From a virus, in the IMG/VR virus record IMGVR_UViG_3300034105_003891, positions 2,593 through 66,592 of that record: a DNA stretch of 64,000 nt; one strand, 5' to 3'. Below the pieces are notes generated by a model. That model saw nothing but the letters and a program-made list of their open reading frames with translations. It had not been told where the DNA came from and searched no databases. The position numbers and the translations under genes were made by a program. Shown here one piece after another: positions 32,467 through 43,482 of the stretch. Numbering within the stretch: the stretch's first letter is position 1; the number at the start of each line of letters is the position of its first letter.

Positions 32467-33612
32467 ATGATGAGAATAAAGGGTTTCACTGAATTTATAA
32501 ATGAAGCAGAAAGTGCCTCAGCAGAATCATCCGCAGGAGCTAGATTTCAATTTCCAAAGGGTAAATATAAAACTCAGGACATAGTACCCACAGATTTAGC
32601 AAAGCTTAGAGGAAATATAGCAACCGACATATTATCTAAACTCAAAGAGGGTTATGGATGGAGTGAGGGTACAGAGATAGAATTGGTAGCATCAACATCA
32701 TCTATAAATGTAACACAAGGTCTTAGAAAACAATTGGAAAAAGAGGGATTTCCAGAAAAAGAGGGAGATAAAACTGGTAATTATGCACTATGCCAAGCAA
32801 GATTAAAAACAATAAGGGATATTATGTTCCAAATGTTGCAGATAGATCCAAATAATAAAGAGCAGATGGCACAATTCCAATCTATTTGCACAATTAAGGA
32901 AACTCCTATGCCTGATCAGAGTCCAAGTGAGGAATCACAGTATATCGAATCAACCGTTAGATATAAAGGTCAAAAAATTAAAGATCAGATAAGCTGCGAC
33001 AAACCTCTACGATTGAAGGGAAGTCGGGCAGATGAAAGTAAAAAATTTGTGGGATATTCTAATGATAGCGTTGCTCTTGTTGCGTCTCCAAACACAAAGA
33101 TCGCATTCAAGTTTGCACCGGGTAATATCCCTGATTGTCTATTTTGGTATCAGAATTCAAAAAGCTATGGTCTCACACCATTTCTAGGTAATAAATTATC
33201 AAGAGAAAAAAGCGGAGATGGTGTATATAAAGGAAAGGTTAACGCAGTGAAATCGTACGAGAAGGAGGGAAGTTTCGAGATTAGATTGAATAATAAAAGA
33301 GATGCAATTGTAAAATCGATCATAACTGAAATATCAAAGATGGTAGGATCTGCTGAGGCCAAAAGATTAGTGGATGAAAATATCCTTGGAAAGGATGGCA
33401 AAATATTGGTTAGAGAGGAGACGCCTGAAAATGCTGCTCTCTATAATATAGAGGTTATAAAAAGTCCATACACTAAGGGTGTTAAGATTAGAGTATTCTC
33501 ACCATTAAGCGATACTGAATTTGAAATAAGCACTCTGTGCTCTGTGCCAAAGATAGATACAGCTACTGGAAAAATATCGGGATATGTTCCATACAAACCC
33601 GTGCAAGCATAA
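32467..33612 (+). CDS. Hypothetical protein, possible divergent OmpA-C-like region
   Basis: MRIKGFTEFINE start; F..GK...ASTS...N..L..AR pattern. Confidence 0.5.
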   Translation: MMRIKGFTEFINEAESASAESSAGARFQFPKGKYKTQDIVPTDLAKLRGNIATDILSKLKEGYGWSEGTEIELVASTSSINVTQGLRKQLEKEGFPEKEGDKTGNYALCQARLKTIRDIMFQMLQIDPNNKEQMAQFQSICTIKETPMPDQSPSEESQYIESTVRYKGQKIKDQISCDKPLRLKGSRADESKKFVGYSNDSVALVASPNTKIAFKFAPGNIPDCLFWYQNSKSYGLTPFLGNKLSREKSGDGVYKGKVNAVKSYEKEGSFEIRLNNKRDAIVKSIITEISKMVGSAEAKRLVDENILGKDGKILVREETPENAALYNIEVIKSPYTKGVKIRVFSPLSDTEFEISTLCSVPKIDTATGKISGYVPYKPVQA

Positions 33613-33682
33613 GAAAAAATATAAAACATAAAAAAGCAGGTCATTTCTAAGTGACCTGCTTTTTTATGTTTCATCATTGCAT

Positions 33683-34036
33683 TTATTTTATTCTGTCTTC
33701 TATTATCTTAAGATTGGTTTTATTTAAAACCATTTCTATTATCCATGGATCTTTACACATCGTCGAAACACCTTCAGTTTTGTACACCCAATCGTTATAT
33801 AATTCTATGGATGGATTATCGTCATCCTCTATGAATATTTCATATGATTCTATTTTTCTTGCAATTTCATCATCAACCGGACAAGGGTTAGATTCAAAAA
33901 ATTTAGCAAGAGATCCTTTATATTTGATCTTACCATTCTCTGCCATCTCCTCCGATGTGTATATACCGATTATATGAGTCACGTAATCCTCATAAAATCC
34001 AGATGATGTCATTAATATGTATACTTTTTCTGTCAT
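33683..34036 (-). CDS. Hypothetical protein
   Basis: Coupled downstream of the sigma gene. Confidence 0.65.
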   Translation of the reverse strand: MTEKVYILMTSSGFYEDYVTHIIGIYTSEEMAENGKIKYKGSLAKFFESNPCPVDDEIARKIESYEIFIEDDDNPSIELYNDWVYKTEGVSTMCKDPWIIEMVLNKTNLKIIEDRIK

Positions 34037-34938
34037 TAGAAAATATCTGATATTTTATAATTCAACTTATTGGCATATCTACTCATTTTTTTTATACCCT
34101 TCACGTATCTTATTCTTATAGTCTCGCTGGTTAGACACATTCCCATATTAATAGCTATTTGTGAATAACTTTCTTCCTGTTCATCGTATGGTGCTACCCC
34201 ATGTTTTCTTAGAATTATTTCAGTCTCCTCCGAATCTAGAGCCTCTATTAGCTTCAGTAATATGGAGTTCTTTTGATTTGTTTCTGTTTTTTCGTCGCTA
34301 TAACAATCACCAGAGTCCATCATATCTATTAATGTTGATGAACCAGATTCGTCACCCAATGGGGAATCAAGAGAAGTTGGTCTTGAATCTGCACCAATCG
34401 CATCATGTATTATGCTAGTCTTTATTCTGGAAAATTTATCAAGTTTTTTAATTTCATCCAGAGATTCCTCGAAGGTTGCATTTCTACCTTCCTTCATTGA
34501 TATCTCGTTTGATACATCTCTCATTGCCTTCAGAGTATTTATCTGGTTTGTTGGAATTCTAACTGTTCTTCCGTTATCACTGAGGTGCTTCAATATTTCT
34601 TTTCTTATATGCCATACAGCAAAAGAAATAAATCTGAATCCCCTGCTTGGGTCAAACATAGATGCGGCTTCAACAAGACCAATATTTCCTACTGCAACTA
34701 TTTCAGCATAATGTTCAGGGTCTCTAGCATAATTCTTAGCTACTGTTAATACGAATCTTAAATTCGAATTTATTAATTTTAATCTTGCCTCATCGTCACC
34801 ATTATGTGCAAGAAATGCGATCTCTGCTTCCTTCTGCGGATCCATCACTTTTGTCCTATCCACTTCGTTTAAATATAACGCAGATGCTTTTGTTACTCTT
34901 GGCGTAAAAGCTTCCTTGTTAACTTTGATTTGTCTCAT
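34036..34938 (-). CDS. Sigma-70 family factor resembling the Bacteroidota primary sigma
   Basis: MRQIKV start, NLRFV, GNIGL..AA..FDPSRGFRFISFAVWHIR, RTVRIP, region-4 HTH; own TATCTTTG promoter 34973-34980. Confidence 0.9.
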   Translation of the reverse strand: MRQIKVNKEAFTPRVTKASALYLNEVDRTKVMDPQKEAEIAFLAHNGDDEARLKLINSNLRFVLTVAKNYARDPEHYAEIVAVGNIGLVEAASMFDPSRGFRFISFAVWHIRKEILKHLSDNGRTVRIPTNQINTLKAMRDVSNEISMKEGRNATFEESLDEIKKLDKFSRIKTSIIHDAIGADSRPTSLDSPLGDESGSSTLIDMMDSGDCYSDEKTETNQKNSILLKLIEALDSEETEIILRKHGVAPYDEQEESYSQIAINMGMCLTSETIRIRYVKGIKKMSRYANKLNYKISDIF

Positions 34939-35048
34939 TTTTTTGTTTTATAGTTCCTTTATTAATTTTACGCAAAGATATAGAATGTGTGCGGGACAAA
35001 AAAATAAAAATTGATTTTTTTGATATATAGATAAAATAGAATACCAGC

Positions 35049-35717
35049 ATGAACAACATAAAAGGGTTTAAAGATTACGTTTCAATGGTTAATGAGGCAA
35101 TCATAATGCCAAAGAACACTGGGGAAATGATAGAAAGACTTAGAGGAGATATAGCAAGGAAGGGATTATTATCACTGGATGAGGCCAATGATATAGCGGA
35201 AGAGTATGGTGTTATCTTTATGGATTATGCCGATTTCTATAGAGGATTAGCTGATGAACTTAAACATACAGCACCGCCAAGAAACACACCAGTTTTTGGA
35301 TTCTTCAGGGAGGATGGGACTATATGCATAGTTATTACTGGATTGGATAGAAGAGGATTTGAAGGGACACCCCGTATATCAGCAATGAATTTGGGTTTTA
35401 TAAATCATATAATTCAGCACGAAAGTATACACGCTGATCAATGGAAAAGAAGAGATGGCAAGGCGGAATACACGCTACCAGACCCGAAGGACAGCGAAGC
35501 ATATTTTTCTAACAAAGACGAAATAATGGCATTTTCCCAATCCATGATAGAGATGATGATGTCCCACGAGGGATTAAGAAACATTTCACAGCTTAAGGAA
35601 TTACTTGATAGAAATCGTTTATGGCAGGGCATAAAGAAATCTGGTGTATCTGAGGAGGTTAAAAAAAGATACCTAAAATACATATACCAATACGCAGAGG
35701 AATATCTAAACCAATAA
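35049..35717 (+). CDS. Putative zincin-like metalloprotease
   Basis: HESIH plus downstream Y....DEIMAF. Confidence 0.5.
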   Translation: MNNIKGFKDYVSMVNEAIIMPKNTGEMIERLRGDIARKGLLSLDEANDIAEEYGVIFMDYADFYRGLADELKHTAPPRNTPVFGFFREDGTICIVITGLDRRGFEGTPRISAMNLGFINHIIQHESIHADQWKRRDGKAEYTLPDPKDSEAYFSNKDEIMAFSQSMIEMMMSHEGLRNISQLKELLDRNRLWQGIKKSGVSEEVKKRYLKYIYQYAEEYLNQ

Positions 35718-35720
35718 TCA

Positions 35721-36299
35721 ATGAAATATATTAAAACATTTGAATCACAGACAAATGACTTCTCGCAAATAAGCGAGGGTCTTAGATACCATCTTAATGA
35801 GGGTATAGCACTTATGGAAAGCGTATACAGAATAGAATCTGATGCGTGGTTAGATCTTATTAACGAGGCAAGATTATTATGGGAGGAAAATAAGATTGAT
35901 CTTGAGGATGATGATCTATTTCTAATAGGTACTGATGCTGGAAATCACGGAATATATGAGAATGAATTGGTGATGCTCGACGTTCCGTTCTATACAGATT
36001 CAGATATAGATGAGGCTGAATATCAAGGTAAAAAAGTCGATCTTAATAAACCAAGAAGAACACCAGGAGGTCCTAGAAAATTTACAGTCTACACTAAAAA
36101 TGAAAGCGGAAAAGTTGTGCAGGTAAGATTTGGTCAACCCGGTATGAGAGTAAATAATAACGATCCCAAGAAATCTGCATCATTCAGAGCAAGAATGCAA
36201 TGCGATAATCCTGGACCTAGATGGAAGGCGAGATGGTGGTCATGTAACGTAGCGAGGTATAGAAAATTGTTAGGAATAAAATCTAGCAGACCATGGTGA
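35721..36299 (+). CDS. Conserved large-phage protein (DUF6321-like C-terminus)
   Basis: EAEYQGKKV.LNKP...V.FG...SFRAR..C...ARWWSC. Confidence 0.6.
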   Translation: MKYIKTFESQTNDFSQISEGLRYHLNEGIALMESVYRIESDAWLDLINEARLLWEENKIDLEDDDLFLIGTDAGNHGIYENELVMLDVPFYTDSDIDEAEYQGKKVDLNKPRRTPGGPRKFTVYTKNESGKVVQVRFGQPGMRVNNNDPKKSASFRARMQCDNPGPRWKARWWSCNVARYRKLLGIKSSRPW

Positions 36300-36559
36300 T
36301 ACCATACACAGAAACATCCATATCCGATAGCGAGGTAATACGAATATTTGGTACTGATGTTGAAAGCGAGGAACTTAAATGGCACTGGGACGATGAAGAT
36401 AGGATTATTGAATCAATGGAAAAAACAGATTGGAAATTTCAGTTCGATAATCAACTACCAATTAAGATCGAGGGAAAGATAGAAATAAAGAAAGGTGTTT
36501 GGCACAGATTAATAAAAGGTAGTCGCGACATAAGCATGAAAATCAAAAAAATAAGCTAA
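36293..36559 (+). CDS. Cupin-like small protein
   Basis: WHWDDEDR...WKFQFDN.LP...WHRLIKG. Confidence 0.55.
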   Translation: MVIPYTETSISDSEVIRIFGTDVESEELKWHWDDEDRIIESMEKTDWKFQFDNQLPIKIEGKIEIKKGVWHRLIKGSRDISMKIKKIS

Positions 36560-36570
36560 TGTAGATTAGC

Positions 36571-37263
36571 TTATTTTTTGTTTATTAGGTTAGTGTATTC
36601 CTTCGATATATTTCTTAGATAAGCACCTGAATCTTTTGCAGCCTTGGTTATAGCATCTGCAACTTGCGAGCCCTTTCCTTTTTTATATGTTACCTTGTAA
36701 ACCATATATTCATATTCTCCATCAGTTACTATGGGAGGAGCAATGTTTTTAATCTTATCTATTTTAGGCATAACAACAGCAGTATTATCTCTAGCAAGCT
36801 CAAATTTAACAGCACTTCCATTCTCTTTTATTTTGAATGTAACATTCTGCTCCGCATTTGCCTGGGCACTGTTGGGTATAGTTGCTTTACCTACAACATA
36901 ATTTGCAATATATCTCTCGGTATTAACGCCAGCATTCTTAAGAGCAGCGATAAAATTTTTAGCCCTATCCTCCGCTAATTTTTTATTATTATACCCCTTA
37001 TCATTACCAACCGCTGATGCTGATCCAGTAACAACTATTGTCGAATCCTTCATTGGTTTAAGTATTTCAACCGCCTTTTTGAATTGATCGTTATTTGTAT
37101 CTATTTGATCCTTACCTAATTTGAATAATGAACCATCAAGTACCACTATTCTAGAATAGTTGAAGTTTTTAACCCCACCCTCCTTTGTGTTATCTCTTCC
37201 CCCGCCGAGGGACTCGTTAAGACGGGAATCGGAGAAATTAGAGAAATGTACTATATTTTCCAT
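36571..37263 (-). CDS. OmpA-C-like (peptidoglycan-binding) domain protein
   Basis: LF..GK...V.GSASAVG...N.KLAEDRA; start re-assigned to MENIVHF. Confidence 0.6.
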   Translation of the reverse strand: MENIVHFSNFSDSRLNESLGGGRDNTKEGGVKNFNYSRIVVLDGSLFKLGKDQIDTNNDQFKKAVEILKPMKDSTIVVTGSASAVGNDKGYNNKKLAEDRAKNFIAALKNAGVNTERYIANYVVGKATIPNSAQANAEQNVTFKIKENGSAVKFELARDNTAVVMPKIDKIKNIAPPIVTDGEYEYMVYKVTYKKGKGSQVADAITKAAKDSGAYLRNISKEYTNLINKK

Positions 37264-37317
37264 AATTTGCTTAATATTAATTAAATTTGGATATATATCC
37301 AAAATCAATTATCAATA

Positions 37318-37775
37318 ATGGAAAACATAAAAAACTACTCAGATTTTCTATTCGAAGCAAAGGGAATAAGTCCAGCAATATATGCAGATTTACAAAAATA
37401 CTTTGCAACAGAGGGCAAGCACACCTACGATGGTGCAAAAGAATTTCTTAGTAGATCAAAAAAGAAATGGAATTTAACGGAGGAAGATTTCGTTGAGGCA
37501 GCTATAGAATTTAAAAATAAAAAATAATTATGCCTACAGTATTAACAGCAAGATATAATAAGGATTATAAACACATCCGGGAATTTAGCGTTAAAGGCTA
37601 TGATGACGAGGTTGTTGAGTTATTTAAAGAATTTCACGAGGAGTACAAAAACAGATGCGAATGCGATGTTGAATACGAAAAGGATATAGCAACAATAAGA
37701 ATAAGCCTATCCCAGTATTCTGAGATCGATCCCGATTTATTTATAAAAAGACTCGATTCAAAGATTAATTATTAA
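37318..37775 (+). other. Two small hypothetical ORFs (37318-37527, 37530-37775)
   Basis: Downstream of palindromic GGATATATATCC shared with the divergent gene; terminator follows. Confidence 0.65.
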
Positions 37776-37853
37776 AAATAAGGAGGTATCAAAAAAGATG
37801 TCTCCTTATTTTTTTATATCGAAATGTTTATTTAATTTTACAAAAATAAAAAA

Positions 37854-38408
37854 ATGAAAGACCAAATAAGATTCTCGATCGTAACTACATTACAGGTTAC
37901 ATTAATGTGTTTAGTTTCGATAGTACTATATTTAGCGACTGACGTAATTCTAAGTGGGAATTACCCGTACTATATCGTAATAAATCCATTTACCAGTGGG
38001 CTGCTTCACGCAAATTTTAACCATCTTTTATCTAATATATTCATCATATTTATAACATTAAATATGCGATGTAATAGATTTTACACAGTTGAAAAGATAT
38101 TCTGGGTAACGTCATTAATAGCAATATTATATTTACCGATTATAATAATAGAACCAGAATTTTCAGCCATAGGGATATCAGGAACCTGCTACTTTTTGCT
38201 TATGAGAGGACTTGGTTCTACGAGGAAGGTAAAAATTCTAGCTTACTTTCTCATAGCGGTTATTCTGACAAGTGAATTTTTAAAACTTGGTAATAATGAT
38301 AGAATAGCACACGCTGTTCATATTATTGGATCGATACTTGGTCTTATATCATTATACCCATATGGATTAAAATTTATACATGAAAAAATATATGAAATAA
38401 TAAGTTAA
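37854..38408 (+). CDS. Rhomboid-family intramembrane serine protease
   Basis: H....H...N, GISG, AH..H..G motifs; multiple TM helices. Confidence 0.85.
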   Translation: MKDQIRFSIVTTLQVTLMCLVSIVLYLATDVILSGNYPYYIVINPFTSGLLHANFNHLLSNIFIIFITLNMRCNRFYTVEKIFWVTSLIAILYLPIIIIEPEFSAIGISGTCYFLLMRGLGSTRKVKILAYFLIAVILTSEFLKLGNNDRIAHAVHIIGSILGLISLYPYGLKFIHEKIYEIIS

Positions 38409-38457
38409 TTTTTTTATCCGCAAATATTTATTAATCTTGCACCATAAAACAAATATC

Positions 38458-39195
38458 ATGAAAAAATTAATACTAGCAGCGTTTCTATTTTTAACCATAA
38501 CCTGCATATCACAAGATTATAAAAAAACATATTCAAAAATCCATCTATCCAGAAGTATAGACGATCACTTTAGTAAATACTATAAAAGGTATACAGCTAA
38601 ATATTTCTACGAAACTACAGGTAAAAGAAGAATAATAGAGAGAGATCCAGTTCTGGATACAGTTGCTTCCGGAAGAAGCGAATACTCAATGGTTGTTTTT
38701 AGAGAATCGTCTAAATATGATTCATTTTCATATCTTCTCCGTAATGTACCTGATGGGGAAAGCGCACATAAAAGATACTATAGAAATCCATCGATATTTA
38801 AGGAACCAAGAGGGTGCATTTTTCCGAATAAGAATAATTTGGATATTCTAAAACGTAATGGTCTCACCTGGAGTTCAGAACTTTTCGTACAGTGTTCATA
38901 TTCATTTAAAACATCGAACGGCAGTATGGAAAATAGGGATATCCTACAGAAGTATATGAACTATCTAAGAAGAGAAACAGATTTTTCCTCAGAGGACACG
39001 TTTCTAAACAGCTATCTTGGTTCACAGGCACACAAAAATGCCATACGTAAGCATGGCAATTGGAAATTCGGATGTAGCACTATGTTTCTAATAGCTAAGC
39101 AGTATGATAAATCCAGAGGTATGTGGAAATATGAAGTTTTTACCTGCAATACTGTAATAATAGTAAAGAATTTTACAGATTCAAATGTTTATTGA
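38458..39195 (+). CDS. Secreted protein, possible CAP/SCP-like domain
   Basis: Signal peptide; YLGSQAHKNAI resembles the W..S.GH..N motif. Confidence 0.45.
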   Translation: MKKLILAAFLFLTITCISQDYKKTYSKIHLSRSIDDHFSKYYKRYTAKYFYETTGKRRIIERDPVLDTVASGRSEYSMVVFRESSKYDSFSYLLRNVPDGESAHKRYYRNPSIFKEPRGCIFPNKNNLDILKRNGLTWSSELFVQCSYSFKTSNGSMENRDILQKYMNYLRRETDFSSEDTFLNSYLGSQAHKNAIRKHGNWKFGCSTMFLIAKQYDKSRGMWKYEVFTCNTVIIVKNFTDSNVY

Positions 39196-39197
39196 AA

Positions 39198-39791
39198 TTA
39201 TCTAAGTGAGATAAGATATTTAGTTTGATCCACCGCAGCGATTATTTCATCGATAATATTAACTATCTCGCTATCAGATTTTTCATCAAAATGAGATCTA
39301 CACTCTTCCCTGTAACATCTGTATAGATCGTCTATGAATTTTGAAAGATCACCATTTTTTGCATCCTCGAAATTATAAAGGGTAATATTAAGATCTTCTG
39401 AATCCAATATAGGTCTACCGTATTTACCCATTATGGTTTCAATTAAGGTATCACCTATTTTTCTTATCTGATTAAAAAGTTCATCAAGTGCTATGTGTTG
39501 TCCATAAAGCTGACATTGCCAATGTAGCAATTTAGTTTGCGACATGTTTTGAAGCACCATTTTTACAACCTTACCATGTTTATTTTCTTTGGTCAACTCA
39601 GTTTTATTTTTAGCAATAACGGATCTAAAATCTAAACTCCTTTCCGGTGAATCCATATATTTAAAATCATCAACATCGCTTGGTGCTGGTAATGCTTTTT
39701 GAGGCTCTTCCGTAGACATGGTGTCTTTTTTATACTTTGGGTCTTCTATAACGTCACCAAATGCGCTAAGATTTAATACTCGTGGCTCCAT
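39198..39791 (-). CDS. Ferritin/Dps-like protein (DUF5856-like)
   Basis: LHWQ...YGQH.ALD...D..IE...GKYGR...N..DEI...KYL. Confidence 0.75.
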   Translation of the reverse strand: MEPRVLNLSAFGDVIEDPKYKKDTMSTEEPQKALPAPSDVDDFKYMDSPERSLDFRSVIAKNKTELTKENKHGKVVKMVLQNMSQTKLLHWQCQLYGQHIALDELFNQIRKIGDTLIETIMGKYGRPILDSEDLNITLYNFEDAKNGDLSKFIDDLYRCYREECRSHFDEKSDSEIVNIIDEIIAAVDQTKYLISLR

Positions 39792-39896
39792 ATAATTAAA
39801 TTATTTTGAATTATATATCCAATTTGAAGTTGTCTATTATATACGGAAACAAAACTTCAATATATAGCTTAAATAAACCAATAAATATTTTTAACC

Positions 39897-40349
39897 ATGG
39901 AATGGAAAAGTCTAACAACGAAAAAGACCATCGACCTATCCAGCTACCTAGCTGATTGGATGGCAAACAACCCTGAAGACAAGATCTATATAGGGTGTGA
40001 TTCACAGAATCACAACGGCACCACGACATTCGCTACGGTTATTGTATTACATCAACCGAACAGGGGAGGACATGTGCTTTACAACAAGATGACCGTACCT
40101 AGAATCCAAGCTAGATACGAAAGATTATGGAAGGAGATTGAGCTGAGCGTGGAAACTGCACATTGGATAATTGAGAATTGCGGGCACACCCCAGATTTCG
40201 TGGATGTTGATCTTAACCCAGATCCTAGACATCAATCCAACACATTGCTAAGATCCGCTGTTGGCTTAATAGAGGGGATGGGTTTAAAGGCTAGATATAA
40301 AAGTGCATCTAACTGGTCAATATCCATCGCTGATTCCATATGTAAATAG
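39897..40349 (+). CDS. RNase H-like YkuK family protein
   Basis: IYIGCDSQ, RLWKE, DVDLN, ADS motifs. Confidence 0.8.
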   Translation: MEWKSLTTKKTIDLSSYLADWMANNPEDKIYIGCDSQNHNGTTTFATVIVLHQPNRGGHVLYNKMTVPRIQARYERLWKEIELSVETAHWIIENCGHTPDFVDVDLNPDPRHQSNTLLRSAVGLIEGMGLKARYKSASNWSISIADSICK

Positions 40350-40430
40350 AAAAATAATAATTAATTGGAACAATTTTATAAATCCCAATATAATTATCGA
40401 TATATAAAATCAATAATAAAAAAATTAAAA

Positions 40431-40610
40431 ATGAAAAGGACATTATTCTTACTTGCAGTACTCTTCTCACTGAGTCTGTCATCATGCAAAAAAGTAGATG
40501 GTAAAACCACTACCGACGTAGCAGCTGATAGCACAGCGGTTGATACAACTAAAGTTGACACTACAACAGTAGACACAACATCAGTTAAAGTAGACACAAC
40601 AAAGGCATAA
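40431..40610 (+). CDS. Small lipoprotein with DT-rich repeats
   Basis: Lipobox LSSC, VDTT repeats. Confidence 0.7.
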   Translation: MKRTLFLLAVLFSLSLSSCKKVDGKTTTDVAADSTAVDTTKVDTTTVDTTSVKVDTTKA

Positions 40611-40733
40611 ATCCAAACAAGGTTTATATCGAAAGGGTCTAGTTTTACTAGACCCTTTTTTATTTATAAAAGATCCGAAAAGATTTTTTTTATTTGGAAT
40701 GTTTTCATATATTTGCAATGTAATTAAAAAAAA

Positions 40734-40806
40734 GGCCGGGTAGCTCAATGGATAGAGCAACTGGTTTCTACCCAGTAGGTTGTAGGTTCGAGTCCTACCT
40801 CGGTCA
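40734..40806 (+). tRNA. tRNA-Arg(TCT)
   Basis: Cloverleaf; loop TT-TCT-AC; promoter 40708-40715. Confidence 0.9.
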
Positions 40807-40820
40807 CTAATAACTAAAAA

Positions 40821-40847
40821 ATGAAAAAGAAATTCGATATGCATTAG
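40821..40847 (+). CDS. 8-aa upstream ORF MKKKFDMH
   Basis: A-rich leader; TAG lies in a hairpin reaching the next start codon. Confidence 0.4.
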   Translation: MKKKFDMH

Positions 40848-40867
40848 GTTAATTTAACCAATGCGAT

Positions 40868-41116
40868 ATGTCAAAAAATAGAAACCGAGCAAAGCTCAAT
40901 GAATGTCTGACTCCAAGAGAGTATAAACTAGCATACTTAAAGCACGAATATGATTACTGCTTTATATGTTGCAAAAGAAGTGGAAGCTTCTATTATGATT
41001 GTTCACCCATGTCAATGAAAAGAAAAGGGAGACATGGGAACGGTAAACTAATTTCTACATTCGATGCTAGATCTTATAGAACCTGGAAGCATACTAGAAG
41101 AACACAGTATAAATAA
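40868..41116 (+). CDS. Small basic Cys-containing protein
   Basis: 82-aa ORF between tRNAs. Confidence 0.65.
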   Translation: MSKNRNRAKLNECLTPREYKLAYLKHEYDYCFICCKRSGSFYYDCSPMSMKRKGRHGNGKLISTFDARSYRTWKHTRRTQYK

Positions 41117-41125
41117 GTCTTACCC

Positions 41126-41201
41126 ACCCCTGTGGGCAAACTGGAAAAGCCGCCTGATTTAGGCTCAGGAGATTTTACGGGTTCGACTCCCGTCAGGGGT
41201 A
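41126..41201 (+). tRNA. tRNA-Leu(TAG), short variable loop
   Basis: Cloverleaf; loop TT-TAG-GC. Confidence 0.8.
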
Positions 41202-41217
41202 CAATTATTAAAACATT

Positions 41218-41640
41218 ATGATATCAATCTATCTAGACGACACCAGAACGCCATTAGAACACCCAGCAGGGAAAGAATGGACAGTAGTAAGAGATTATGA
41301 TCAATTCGTAGATCTGGTCACTAAAACAGGTCTAAATAACGTTGAATTGATATCATTGGATCATGATCTTGGTCCCTTAGCCATCAAACATTTCTTCGAT
41401 AACACCAGAGCAAACTACACCATAAATTATGCTTTCATTAGGGAGAATACAGGTATGGATGTGGTTAAATGGCTGATTAATCTGGCAAGAGAATTGGATC
41501 TTGATTTACCCCAATGTTATGTTCATAGCGCAAATCCAATAGGCTGTGGCAATATGATGGGACACATCAACATGTACCACAAAGAAAGAAGAAAACACCA
41601 GACTTGCGTAAGGGTCAAATGGAAGCATTCTAGCAAATAA
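41218..41640 (+). CDS. Cyclic-phosphate-processing receiver-like domain protein
   Basis: YLDDTR, ISLDHDLG, TGMD, VHSANPIG. Confidence 0.8.
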   Translation: MISIYLDDTRTPLEHPAGKEWTVVRDYDQFVDLVTKTGLNNVELISLDHDLGPLAIKHFFDNTRANYTINYAFIRENTGMDVVKWLINLARELDLDLPQCYVHSANPIGCGNMMGHINMYHKERRKHQTCVRVKWKHSSK

Positions 41641-41667
41641 AAATGGTGCATCTGCGATATATAACGG

Positions 41668-43472
41668 ATGAAACATTTACAATTATTTGAAGAGTTTACA
41701 AGTTCTGATGAACAGTTAAAAGAGGATCTATTAGCTGACATGGTAGACAAAGCAAAAAGAGGTCTAGCAACTGGAGCATTAGTAGCTGCTCTTTTAACAT
41801 CACCTGATGTGTCACCTCAGGACGTAGCAGCAATCAAACAAGCAAATACCGAAATAGAGGCACCGCAGGAAGCTAATGGTGTTGGTGTTGGCATATCACC
41901 AGATCTTTCATTCTCAAAAGAGGTATCACTAACAAGAGCTATTACTGATCTTGCAAAGAATTTACCAGAAGGAACTACGTTATCGTATGAAATCATAGAT
42001 CAGAAAACGGTTATGGATGGTAGCAACTATAAGACAACAACGATAATCAAAATATCCACAGAAGGTACAAAGATAAACCCAGGTCAGCTAACAATAAAAA
42101 AGAAGGCAGTAGTAAGAGATGATGCTAGAATCAAAAGAGAAGCTCGTATGATTGATTATAGAGCGGAACTACTAGCAAGAGCTAAAAGATTTGGATTTGA
42201 TACAGTTGAGGAATACTACGCTTGGCAAGCGGAAAGAAATAAAGGGGAGGATGTAGGAATGGATAATTTGAACGATCCTTCGTTCTCACATACAAGCTGT
42301 GGCATCTCTAAAGCAGGTGCTAAGGATGCTAAAAGAGAATGGAAAAAGAAATAAATCACATGGGCATAAAAAAATTCAACGACTTCATAAACGAGTCGGA
42401 CCAAAGCGAGGAGATCAAAAAAGCATTAGAGTTACTTAGAAATTCTGGTTATCACATCGAGAAAATAGAACCAGAAAAGGTAACAAAAATAGGAACATAT
42501 CAAGCTCCAACCTTCGATACTCTTATGTTAATTCCAAAATTTTCTGAACTGCAGAAAATATTCGAGCTTGAGGAGGTAAGAAAATTAGATCCAAAAAAAT
42601 ACAGAGGAAATAAAAAAAATCTATATTTTTTTCCGGGGGTAATGGAGAATAAAGGAGGAAGCGTACCCCTTTTTAATTTATCAAGTCCAAAAGAAAACAT
42701 GATTCGGCTTTCGTTTGGTAACGGAAGGCCAGAAGTATCCGATATTCTTTCATTTACAGGTAGACCAATAATAAGCAATGCATTTTTTAATACTGCTAGA
42801 GAAAAAAATGCCGTAGTAGAAATAATAGAAAAATACTTATATTTAATTTACATTGGGCTGTGGAAGGAGGACATTAAAAAAATAACAGAGAAGGATCCGG
42901 GTAGCATGGACCTAGTGATAAAAGCATACGGAGAAAGCAAAGTACCTGCTGATGAATTATCGGAAAAGTCGCTAATGTATACATTAAATCTTATAGATTC
43001 ATTTGATATAAAATCTTTTGCAAGAGAAATTAAAAAAATTCCAGAAAATAAATCAATGAATATAATTACCGCTGTACTTGATACTCCAAGGATTTCGCAT
43101 ATACTTTCAAACTATCTTGAAAAAAACCATGATCTATTTAAAAAATAAAATGATATATACAATAAAAATAAAGAAATGAAACACATTAAATTATTTGGAG
43201 CGATACAGTCCAAAATTAACGAAAGCATGGGAATTGAACTCCCAGAGGGTTACGAATTCACACTATTTAATCCGAATGATAAAGCAGATTGCAAAAGACA
43301 TTTTGAGGAGGGAGATACAGAAAACTGGAGCGGAATGACCTTCGAGGAATGGATGGGAACATTGGATCAAATGGGGGAAATTGATTACCAGTCAGGAAAT
43401 AGCTACTATAGGGGAGTCATAGATTGGGAAGAAATGGGAATATCATACATATACGAGATACATCCAATATAA
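41668..43472 (+). other. Three hypothetical genes with MK-type N-termini (41668-42354, 42360-43148, 43176-43472)
   Basis: MKHLQLFEEF, MGIKKFNDFINES, MKHIKLF; GATATATA before the first and third. Confidence 0.7.
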
Positions 43473-43482
43473 CAAAAATCGG

